From the sequence record NC_042013.1: 64,000 bases of DNA. One strand, given 5' to 3'. The notes under the pieces were generated by a model. The model saw only the letters and a list, made by a program, of their open reading frames with translations, was not told the origin of the DNA and searched no databases. A program made the translations under genes and the position numbers. This document shows, piece after piece, positions 53,324 to 61,367 of this stretch (position 1 is its first letter; every line of letters starts with the position of its first letter).

Positions 53324-55921
53324 ATGGCTAGAGCAACAGACGGTTATAATCGTTCAGTGGACACGCCATCTGGTTATACACAGCAACCAGATGGCCGTGC
53401 AACATTGTTTGATCAAACATATATCGGCTTCGTTAGAAAATCAGAAGATGAAATTCGTATGGGGCGACTTAAAGTATGGATTCCCGATCTTGGCGGCGAC
53501 TCTGACGTTGAGGACACTTGGTACACAGTTAACTATTGTTCACCATTTGCTGGCGCAACACCTATTGCAAAATATGATAATCAAGACCCTAGTCGTCATC
53601 CAGACGGAAATAAACGCGATGGAAAGACTATGGAGGATACGCAAATATCATACGGTTTCTGGATGGTTCCACCTGACATGGATACCGAAGTTATTGTTAT
53701 GTTTATTAATGGCGATCCAAACAAAGGTATTTGGATTGGATGTTTATATAAACAGTATATGAATCATATGGTTCCCGGTATTCCCCGTAACAATTCATTC
53801 CAAGACGGGGAAAGTGGTGAATTACCTCCTGTTGTTGAATACAATAAACGTTCTGATATCGGTAATAACGATGACCCTACTCGTGCGCGTTATGATCCTC
53901 TTCATTACGGTCTTAAAATGCAAGGTCTTTATACCGACCCACAGCGCGGTCCAGCATCATCCGGTGCTCGACGTGAATCGCCATCAAAAGTTTTTGGGTT
54001 CCTAACTCCTGATGGTTCTCAAATTTATGCGGACGATCTTGAATGTAACCAGTTCATTCGTCTTAGAACAAAATCTGGAGTGCAGGTACTCATTCACGAA
54101 ACCGATGGTTACATATATATGAACTCCAAGAGAGGTAACTCGTGGTTACAGATTTCTGACGATGGGATTGATATGTACTCAACCAAGGGTGTAAACTTAC
54201 ACTCAACAGGTGGTTACAATTTCCATACCGATAAAGATTACAATCTTCATATTGGTGGTAACTTCAACGTTTTTACCGAAGGTGACTTTAAGGTTTCTAC
54301 TGTTGGCAACGTCGACATGCTATCTGGTAAAGATATGCGTCAGGACGTTGGTGGTGCATTCCATAGCACTATCAAAGCTAACAGAAACATTAAGATTGAG
54401 GGTTCCGATAATTTAAAGATTACTGGTAATCAATCAATACATTCGGACAAAGTTGTTACTTTTAGCGGTGGTCAGTTGATTGTTTTGAAAGCTCCATCTA
54501 TCACACAAAATAATTCAGGTGATGCTAATCAACCAGAAGAACCAGCAACAGCGGAAGGTAAAGAACCAACCGATACTCCTGATCGTGAGTTGAAAGAAAC
54601 ATATCCCGGCGATGAACGCAAATCTATTACCGAGCGTATGCCTACTCACGAGCCTTTTGATCAACATGCAGACCAACCACCAGTAAACAAGGATGATCCT
54701 TCCGGTGCAGGAGCAACACAAGGCGATACCCCTGCAAGTGAAAAAGAAATTGCTGAACAAGAAAAAGAGAATGCAAATAAAACAGACGCGAGTGGTGGAA
54801 AAACGCAGGCTGCTCCAAACGAAAAGGGAACCAAACCTATGCTTGACCTTATCGGTAAAACCGAGGGGACCGACAAAGGTGACGGATATAATGAAACCCT
54901 TGCATATGGTAAGTTTACCGGTGGCGATGTTAATCTAACAGGTATGACACTTGGAGAAATTGACCGTTTGCAAACTAATATGCTTAATCATCCTGATAAT
55001 AACTGGAATTCGTCTGCGGTAGGTCGCTATCAGATTGTAAGAACAACTCTTCGTGGACTTAAGTCTGAAATGGGATATTCTGATAGTACTCTGTTTACTC
55101 CTGCGGTTCAAGATGCAATGGCAAACAAACTTCTTGAGCGCCGTGGTCTTAATAGCTGGCAAAATGGAAAAATTTCAGACGCACAGTTTATGAATAACTT
55201 GAGTAAGGAATGGGCATCACTTCCTAAATCAAACGGTAGAGGTACATACGCAGGTCAAGGTGTCGGGGCATCTGCTGGAACGGTGGTTCAGACATTGGAT
55301 CAAATGCGTGCTAACCCAGTATCAGTACAGTTCGAAGATGAACAATATGACACCGGGTTAGAAGATGCTGAACGCTCATCATATATGAACGTTGGTAAAG
55401 TAATTAACGGTACATCGGTTGGTACTTGCGTACTTACAGATAATTCCGGTACACTTATAACCAATGCGCACGTAGTCGGTGTTAAATCAACTATTGGAAC
55501 TACTTATGAAGTTCAAATTGGTAGGTCTTCACGAAGAGCTACTTTGATTCGAATTAATGCTGAGAAAGACATCGCGCAATTAAGACTCGTTGAATATAGC
55601 GATCTAGTTCCTATTACCACGGGCGGTGAAATGAAAGCCAATGATACCATATACAGTTTTGGATATGCTCTTGGTAAAACGTTTACTCGTATTGAAGCAG
55701 TATATACGGGTGAAAATAACCGTAAAAGTAAATATTCAGACCCCGGTGGGGAGTCAGATGGCCTTATTGTTTCAGGTCTTAGTGTTATGAAAACAATAGG
55801 CGTAGCTGGTTTGAAACCCGGTATGTCAGGTGGTCCTGTTCTTGATAAGTATGGTCGTCTAATAGGTATTAATGCCGCGACTATACCGGGACAAGCTGAA
55901 GCAAGATTTATACCATTATAA
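53324..55921 (+). CDS. gp5: baseplate central spike gp5-like: OB fold, beta-helix, lysozyme, trypsin-like protease
   Basis: GRLKVWIP/SPFAG/PPD OB fold; beta repeats; EG..GYN..AVGRYQ..EWASLP muramidase; TNAH/DIA/GMSGG triad. Confidence 0.9.
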   Translation: MARATDGYNRSVDTPSGYTQQPDGRATLFDQTYIGFVRKSEDEIRMGRLKVWIPDLGGDSDVEDTWYTVNYCSPFAGATPIAKYDNQDPSRHPDGNKRDGKTMEDTQISYGFWMVPPDMDTEVIVMFINGDPNKGIWIGCLYKQYMNHMVPGIPRNNSFQDGESGELPPVVEYNKRSDIGNNDDPTRARYDPLHYGLKMQGLYTDPQRGPASSGARRESPSKVFGFLTPDGSQIYADDLECNQFIRLRTKSGVQVLIHETDGYIYMNSKRGNSWLQISDDGIDMYSTKGVNLHSTGGYNFHTDKDYNLHIGGNFNVFTEGDFKVSTVGNVDMLSGKDMRQDVGGAFHSTIKANRNIKIEGSDNLKITGNQSIHSDKVVTFSGGQLIVLKAPSITQNNSGDANQPEEPATAEGKEPTDTPDRELKETYPGDERKSITERMPTHEPFDQHADQPPVNKDDPSGAGATQGDTPASEKEIAEQEKENANKTDASGGKTQAAPNEKGTKPMLDLIGKTEGTDKGDGYNETLAYGKFTGGDVNLTGMTLGEIDRLQTNMLNHPDNNWNSSAVGRYQIVRTTLRGLKSEMGYSDSTLFTPAVQDAMANKLLERRGLNSWQNGKISDAQFMNNLSKEWASLPKSNGRGTYAGQGVGASAGTVVQTLDQMRANPVSVQFEDEQYDTGLEDAERSSYMNVGKVINGTSVGTCVLTDNSGTLITNAHVVGVKSTIGTTYEVQIGRSSRRATLIRINAEKDIAQLRLVEYSDLVPITTGGEMKANDTIYSFGYALGKTFTRIEAVYTGENNRKSKYSDPGGESDGLIVSGLSVMKTIGVAGLKPGMSGGPVLDKYGRLIGINAATIPGQAEARFIPL

Positions 55922-55931
55922 GGATTATGAC

Positions 55932-56132
55932 ATGACAAATAAAGAAAAATTAGTATCAGACCTTATAGCAAGTAAGATTAACATTACGTCTTTCGAGTAC
56001 GAAATGGGTAAATTAGGCGTGCACGTTGTTAAGCCACAGGAGGCAGCGGTAGCTGCTTTCTATACGGATGAACGAAGATATTTTCCAACGGTAAACGAAT
56101 TTGATGTTGTTGTTGGGGGGTATTTCGGATGA
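55932..56132 (+). CDS. hypothetical protein
   Basis: SD AAGGA; between gp5 and tail lysozyme. Confidence 0.55.
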   Translation: MTNKEKLVSDLIASKINITSFEYEMGKLGVHVVKPQEAAVAAFYTDERRYFPTVNEFDVVVGGYFG

Positions 56133-56746
56133 GTTGCGATCCAAAAATGACGGGTGCTGGAAAATCATCCGGCAACTCATCTGGCTCTGGTGGTTCAGGT
56201 GGTTCAGAATCGAACGGAAGTGGCGGAAATAATGGATCAGGTGAAGGCGGTTCTAATGAGAAGTTAGCTAATGATACAACTGAGGCTAATATTAAGTTTA
56301 ATAAACAACGCGTAGACGAAATTACAGCAGAGATGCGAAAAAAAGGTTATAACGATATACAAATTGCGGCTGCACTTGGTCATTGGAAAAATGAATCTGG
56401 ATTTAGACTTGATGCTCTTAATAGAGGCGACGGTCGTGATGGTTCAGATTCCATTGGTCTTGCACAATGGAATAGTTCACGCGCTGCTGGACTTAAAAAT
56501 TACGCTGCTCAAAATGGATTACCCGTTAATTCTGTTGCAGCACAAGTTGGATGGTTCGATTATGAAATGAAAAATACTGAAAAAGGCGCTGGATATGCTT
56601 TTAAAAATGCGACTACAGTTGCTGAAGCAAGTTGGGCAATGAACAAGTATGAAAGATTTCAAGGTTATAACTCAACCACAAGTTCACAAACGATTAGTCG
56701 CTTGCAAAATTCGAATACCTTCTACTCGTATATAACCAAAAAATAG
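56129..56746 (+). CDS. phage tail lysozyme (Phage_lysozyme2-like) with N-terminal Gly/Ser linker
   Basis: AALGHWKNESG, SIGLAQW, AQVGWFDYEM. Confidence 0.8.
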   Translation: MSCDPKMTGAGKSSGNSSGSGGSGGSESNGSGGNNGSGEGGSNEKLANDTTEANIKFNKQRVDEITAEMRKKGYNDIQIAAALGHWKNESGFRLDALNRGDGRDGSDSIGLAQWNSSRAAGLKNYAAQNGLPVNSVAAQVGWFDYEMKNTEKGAGYAFKNATTVAEASWAMNKYERFQGYNSTTSSQTISRLQNSNTFYSYITKK

Positions 56747-56769
56747 CATAGCTATGTCAAATTTTAATC

Positions 56770-56798
56770 TTGACGTTGCTGTTTCAACCTGATACATT
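56770..56798 (+). promoter_or_regulatory. sigma70 promoter of candidate sRNA
   Basis: TTGACG-17-TACATT. Confidence 0.6.
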
Positions 56799-56885
56799 GG
56801 TGTCATCGATACTGAATACAACCGACTGCTTGATAGTTCGTGTGCTTAACCGGTTTGCTTCAACCGCGTATTCAGTATCGACACC
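56799..56885 (+). ncRNA. structured sRNA candidate with repeated UGCUU loops
   Basis: Perfect 14-bp closing helix 56806-56819/56868-56881, two inner hairpins. Confidence 0.65.
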
Positions 56886-56890
56886 CCCTC

Positions 56891-56942
56891 TTGACTCCAT
56901 ATACCAACCGAGATAATATCCCATATGAAGGAGATACATATG
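56891..56942 (+). promoter_or_regulatory. promoter plus start-codon hairpin
   Basis: TTGACT-17-TAATAT; CATATG-AAGGAGATA-CATATG. Confidence 0.6.
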
Positions 56943-57224
56943 TGGTATTTTAAACATGACGCAATTCCGAATACATTTATTGATCGTTATTTTTCAATAA
57001 GGGTTGATTCAATGTGGTGGTCTTATGAACACAACAAATTCGTAGAAACTATTGGGGACGTTGGTAAAAAAGGTGCTGCTTCATCAAAAAGCATTGGATC
57101 ATTCAAAGCCTTCAAGAGATTTTTGAGAAAGCATTCGTATCTTAAAGGAAAAACGGTATTGTTAGAATCGAGGTGGTCACATAATAACGTAGTTGCAAAA
57201 TGGATTGATCATGAAAATAGGTGA
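56940..57224 (+). CDS. hypothetical protein
   Basis: SD AAGGAG. Confidence 0.65.
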   Translation: MWYFKHDAIPNTFIDRYFSIRVDSMWWSYEHNKFVETIGDVGKKGAASSKSIGSFKAFKRFLRKHSYLKGKTVLLESRWSHNNVVAKWIDHENR

Positions 57225-57498
57225 AATGTATAAACACAGAAATGCTGTTATTCAAATTCACAGCATTCAAGAGGAAACTGTCAGCATTAAATTATTCTCC
57301 AATGAAATATATCTGGATACCGTAGTAAAGTCTGAGTTACTAGAAGACATAAATGATGGCTTTTATAAGCCTATGTCATCAACCGAAATCAAGTATTTCA
57401 TTGATGATAAAGTCGATTTTTACGAAAATGCTATTACCAAAAATTTCAAAAATTATAATAGCATCATAGAGACACTGAAATTATCAAGAAACCAGTGA
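57211..57498 (+). CDS. hypothetical protein
   Basis: Operon packing. Confidence 0.55.
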   Translation: MKIGEMYKHRNAVIQIHSIQEETVSIKLFSNEIYLDTVVKSELLEDINDGFYKPMSSTEIKYFIDDKVDFYENAITKNFKNYNSIIETLKLSRNQ

Positions 57499-58191
57499 TT
57501 TCATCAAATAATTATCCAACTCTTGATGTGTTGGGAATACAACCCCGTACATTCTTTGTAAGTTATAAATTTTATCGTTATTTATTACAGAGATAGGTTC
57601 AACTCGTAAAATTTTAAAGCTAGATCCTATCTGACCAACAGCATTAACATTCGGCCCTTTACACAAGTCCCACCAAGAACCCTGTGAATAAGTTATCACA
57701 TCATTTCCAGATGGAATTCCGTCGAGGATTTGAATTTTGTAAGGTTCATCTACAGTTGTGAAATATTCACGTAATTCGTCTCGATTGTTAACAAAACGTT
57801 TGAATTTAGCGTTACGTTCTACCAATTCTAACATCTTAGAGGTTACTTCATTTATACATATAAAGCCGTCATATTCAAAGTCATAGAAAAATTCAACATT
57901 TTCAGTGCAGCAATTTGCAGTTTTTAGGTCTGGATACAATAGCATAACGGCTTCAGACATAACTCGTGATGTTGAATTTCGCAAAGCTCTCGCAGCTATC
58001 GGATCATGTTTTGAGATATAGCGTATATGGGAATCTGATGTTATGGGGGTTGATAAATCAGACAATACGCCATTGATTTCGATGAGAATTATGTTCTCGT
58101 CAAAAATGTTCAAATGTTTAAGTATATCCTCGCCCGATGAATTGCGTGGATATGTAGTAATTGTACCGTTATCCAATGTCAACATTATCAT
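57484..58191 (-). CDS. stand-alone ThrRS N-terminal (TGS + editing) domain, catalytic His substituted
   Basis: FFYDF, YKIQILD, DLCKGP, LQRMYG align to ThrRS N1/N2; ends at TGA TAA where the catalytic core would begin. Confidence 0.85.
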   Translation of the reverse strand: MIMLTLDNGTITTYPRNSSGEDILKHLNIFDENIILIEINGVLSDLSTPITSDSHIRYISKHDPIAARALRNSTSRVMSEAVMLLYPDLKTANCCTENVEFFYDFEYDGFICINEVTSKMLELVERNAKFKRFVNNRDELREYFTTVDEPYKIQILDGIPSGNDVITYSQGSWWDLCKGPNVNAVGQIGSSFKILRVEPISVINNDKIYNLQRMYGVVFPTHQELDNYLMKSLVS

Positions 58192-58249
58192 CTTTTGTAC
58201 TCTTTGAAAAATAATACCTTATACTCTAATTTATCTCTTTAAAAGATAA

Positions 58250-58275
58250 AGGCCGGTTGCCCGGCCTCTTTTTTT
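58250..58275. terminator. intrinsic terminator
   Basis: AGGCCGG-TTGC-CCGGCCT plus T tract. Confidence 0.75.
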
Positions 58276-59065
58276 ATTTTTTCCAATTCGGAGGTGGTGT
58301 ACAACCAGTTAACGGGAAAGGATTAGGAAGGTTCCGTGAAATAGTTGGTTTTTTATCAAAAACAATACCAAGCTTCTCAAGGTTCTTACGCGAATCGTAA
58401 AAGAGAACTAGTGTATCTTTCTTAGCGCCCTTGTCAAAAGTATTTGTAGAAAAGTCAGAAGAAACACTTTCCCCCCACGTAACGCCTAGTTCATTACCAC
58501 TTGCTTCATATTCTTGAGTATTGCTTGATAAACTAGAAGACGCATTACCAACCAGCATATTATTCTGACAAGTAGAATACCAAATGGGATTTGTCCAAGG
58601 CTCATTCGGATATGATCGTTTCCAAGGATACGGATCAGTTACTGGAGGGGTATTGATATAGATATAGCGATCTACATATTTTACCTTTTCTTCTTTTACC
58701 AATTCCTCAAAAACCATCGCGCCGATGACGCCTACGTTTTTAGATTCGGTTCCAGCATATGATTTATCAATAGAATCGAACTTAAAACGTGCAGACTCAC
58801 TGTTCGAAACAACCCAACCCGGCACCATATAAGAACTATGTGGTTCAACTATAAACCCAATAGAATCTGGCCCTGCTGGTTTTCCGTCTGTTACGGATAA
58901 CCCATCAACGCTAACTACGAACAAAGATCGTTTATTGCTCCAGTTATAAAGTTTGATAGAGAATTCCGAACCTGCTCGACCCTCGATATAGGTTGCTTCA
59001 TTTAGCTTATATTCGGGAATTTTTTTATTCCCTACAATAATCTCCATCGTATACTTACTTGCCAT
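58274..59065 (-). CDS. hypothetical Ig-like beta protein
   Basis: VVSVDGLSV..G, NVGVIGAMVFEE. Confidence 0.7.
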   Translation of the reverse strand: MASKYTMEIIVGNKKIPEYKLNEATYIEGRAGSEFSIKLYNWSNKRSLFVVSVDGLSVTDGKPAGPDSIGFIVEPHSSYMVPGWVVSNSESARFKFDSIDKSYAGTESKNVGVIGAMVFEELVKEEKVKYVDRYIYINTPPVTDPYPWKRSYPNEPWTNPIWYSTCQNNMLVGNASSSLSSNTQEYEASGNELGVTWGESVSSDFSTNTFDKGAKKDTLVLFYDSRKNLEKLGIVFDKKPTISRNLPNPFPLTGCTPPPNWKK

Positions 59066-59735
59066 TTTCGTCTCCTTCATCAAAGAATGACTTGACGGAG
59101 CCTACAACACCAGCACTACGTATAGAACGATATGACATAGTAGCACTTGATAGGGTTGACATCATATTATCCATATTAGACGTGCTATACGTCATAGTCT
59201 GGCCTTTAGAAAGACCGAGTGATTGCCCGACAGACCACGCGTCTTGGTTCGCGCCTAGATATACAAAAGTCCAGCCATCTGCCGTCTTTTTTGATATAAT
59301 GTCCTTGATGGATTGCTGATTGTATTCCTTTGACATATTATCATGGCCATCAGTAATGATAACAATCAACGGATTTAAAACACCAAGATTTTCAACTTTA
59401 GCAATAGTAGAACCGATTGAGTCATATAGATTAGTCATACCATCCGGTTTATAAGTTTCATTCGTAAGGTCGCTAACTGAATTTAAATCTTTGTTAACGA
59501 AAATATCACGAACGGCATTTACAGACGGGCTAATATAGCTCGACGCTGAAAAAGTCGTCAAACTTACATTACATTTACCCTCTTGTTTCTTCTGTGTTGA
59601 AATGAATTCGTTGAAGCTACTAATTGTAGCCGCTTTTGACGAACCCATTGAACCGGTTTCATCAAGAATGATATGAATATAGGTATCTGAAGAGATAGGC
59701 GTGCTTCCGCCAGAGATAGCAGTTACTTTGGTCAT
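59055..59735 (-). CDS. von Willebrand factor A domain protein
   Basis: MIDAS-like LDETGSM, LYDSIG, IITDG. Confidence 0.9.
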   Translation of the reverse strand: MTKVTAISGGSTPISSDTYIHIILDETGSMGSSKAATISSFNEFISTQKKQEGKCNVSLTTFSASSYISPSVNAVRDIFVNKDLNSVSDLTNETYKPDGMTNLYDSIGSTIAKVENLGVLNPLIVIITDGHDNMSKEYNQQSIKDIISKKTADGWTFVYLGANQDAWSVGQSLGLSKGQTMTYSTSNMDNMMSTLSSATMSYRSIRSAGVVGSVKSFFDEGDENGK

Positions 59736-59749
59736 TTGATTTATCCTTT

Positions 59750-59829
59750 GAAGGTCTTACCTGCCCGAAAACTATCAGGACTTATCTGCCTTCCGCTTGA
59801 ATAACACCATTGTCATTCAAAGCTATTTA
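59750..59829 (-). promoter_or_regulatory. late promoter and structured, pseudo-symmetric 5' leader of the vWA gene
   Basis: TAAATA 59824-59829; 9-bp hairpin; stem with twin GGCAG(A/G)TAAG loops. Confidence 0.55.
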
Positions 59830-59834
59830 TGCAG

Positions 59835-59868
59835 AAAAGGGACAGCCCATTTCTGAACTGTCCCTTTA
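59835..59868. terminator. hairpin terminator
   Basis: AAAGGGACAG/CTGTCCCTTT. Confidence 0.75.
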
Positions 59869-59890
59869 TATCATAGTTAATTAGTAAAAG

Positions 59891-60193
59891 TCAATGTTTT
59901 TGTTTATCACATTTAAAATCGTTGAAACCGAAACTTTTTGCCAATGAAAGAACGTCATCTACCTTGATATCAGCAACTTCGGAGGTATACGTACCTGCAA
60001 CAGCCTTACCAGCAGATTCGATTTCAGAAATAATTTCGATTGCTTCTGCTTCAGTCTTGCCGAAAATATTAATCAGAACCGCACCTACGAATTCGAGAGG
60101 TGTCTTCTGATCATCATGCAAAAGAACGTCATATAGTGACGGTTCTGCGATTTCAACACGCTCAAGAACCATAGTATCGTTATAGGCCGTCAT
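59891..60193 (-). CDS. clpS: ClpS adaptor homologue, altered N-degron pocket
   Basis: YDVLLHDDQKTPLEFV, GKAVAGTYTSEVA; SD AAGGA. Confidence 0.85.
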   Translation of the reverse strand: MTAYNDTMVLERVEIAEPSLYDVLLHDDQKTPLEFVGAVLINIFGKTEAEAIEIISEIESAGKAVAGTYTSEVADIKVDDVLSLAKSFGFNDFKCDKQKH

Positions 60194-60252
60194 TAAGTTT
60201 CCTTTCATACTGTTGAATTTCATAAATGTTATAAAGAGTATAACGATCAATG

Positions 60253-60801
60253 TCAATAGGTATTCCAATGATTATCACAACGAGCCTCATATTCTCTTGT
60301 TGTTCCCAATTCAACTGAGCCGCCTTCCTGTGACACTTTATAAGTTTTTGATGCAGGATGGCCGCATACTGTGCAATTAGCCTTTAATTTAAAATGATCA
60401 TTTGCCATAGAACTTAACGCGGAAACAACAGGGAAAGGGTTTCCTTGCCAATCCATGTCCAATCCAGCAACAACCACCTCTATTCCCTTTTCGAGCATAG
60501 ATTTGATCCACGCAATCACATCACCATTAAAATTTTCACCATAGAAAAATTGTACCTCATCGAAAAATACAATAGTATTCCCGGTATTAATTATCTCTAC
60601 TGGTTCTCTAATACTGGTAGCAGTAGTTTTCAAACCATCGTGACTTACTATTTCCGTTGTAGAATATCTATCATCAAATTCTATTCGAAATACGTGTACA
60701 TCACGAAATGTACCATTTTTTGCCCAAAGTATTCTTTTCAATAGTTCGGACGTTTTTGAAGAAAACATCGGGCCGCTTATTGTTGTTAATTTACCGTACA
60801 T
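60253..60801 (-). CDS. tk: thymidine kinase
   Basis: GPMFSSKT, FDEVQF, AGLDMD, CTVC, YEARC. Confidence 0.95.
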   Translation of the reverse strand: MYGKLTTISGPMFSSKTSELLKRILWAKNGTFRDVHVFRIEFDDRYSTTEIVSHDGLKTTATSIREPVEIINTGNTIVFFDEVQFFYGENFNGDVIAWIKSMLEKGIEVVVAGLDMDWQGNPFPVVSALSSMANDHFKLKANCTVCGHPASKTYKVSQEGGSVELGTTREYEARCDNHWNTY

Positions 60802-60808
60802 CTAAAAA

Positions 60809-60855
60809 TCTCCAATAAAAATTTAATTATAAATCATTGGAGACTGTATATTCAA
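60809..60855 (-). promoter_or_regulatory. tk promoter with anti-SD arm in the spacer
   Basis: TTGAAT-18-TATAAT; TCTCCAAT 60809-60816 / ATTGGAGA 60836-60843. Confidence 0.65.
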
Positions 60856-60857
60856 AT

Positions 60858-60886
60858 AAAAAAAGGGTTGGAAAACCAACCCTTTT
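60858..60886 (-). terminator. hsp20 terminator
   Basis: AAAAGGGTTGG/CCAACCCTTTT. Confidence 0.85.
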
Positions 60887-60893
60887 CAATCCA

Positions 60894-61295
60894 TTAAAGG
60901 ATTTCAATTTTCCTTGGCTTAAGGGCCTCTGGTAATTCGCGATGCATTTTAACACGAAGAATACCATCCGCCAAATCAGCGCTATCTACTACAAGGTATT
61001 CAATGAGTTTGAAGTCTACCGTAAAATCACGCTTTGCAATTCCCTTGCGAACGTAATTAGGTTCCTTTTCATCCTCAGTTTTTTTACCGGTGATTGTCAA
61101 TTTTTCTGATTCAATAGAAACATCGATTTCATCACGTTTGAAACCAGCAACAGCAATATGGATTTCGTATGTATTTTCATCATCCGAAATAATGTCATAG
61201 GGAGGATATTTGACTTGATTGGTTGCCGCTCCATAGAGTTCTTCGATAAAACGAGCAGGGGAATAATCATAGTAGAAATTTGTAGGAAGTGTCAT
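60894..61295 (-). CDS. hsp20: small heat-shock protein Hsp20 (IbpA-like)
   Basis: YPPYDI, AVAGF, KGIAKRDF, DGIL. Confidence 0.95.
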   Translation of the reverse strand: MTLPTNFYYDYSPARFIEELYGAATNQVKYPPYDIISDDENTYEIHIAVAGFKRDEIDVSIESEKLTITGKKTEDEKEPNYVRKGIAKRDFTVDFKLIEYLVVDSADLADGILRVKMHRELPEALKPRKIEIL

Positions 61296-61356
61296 TGTTA
61301 ATCTCCAAAAAGCAAGATTGTTAAAATTAACGGACCTTTAATAAGCATCCGTTAAT
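61296..61356 (-). promoter_or_regulatory. ROSE-like RNA thermometer
   Basis: 5' 9-bp hairpin, then AAUCUUGCU-UUUU-GGAGAUU with bulged G opposite the SD. Confidence 0.7.
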
Positions 61357-61367
61357 CTTAGATAATG

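Noticed and set aside
56129-57486. UGA-readthrough extensions at 56130-56132 and at the ThrRS-like stop
   Set aside because: The first hits another TGA after five codons; the second is TGA immediately followed by TAA
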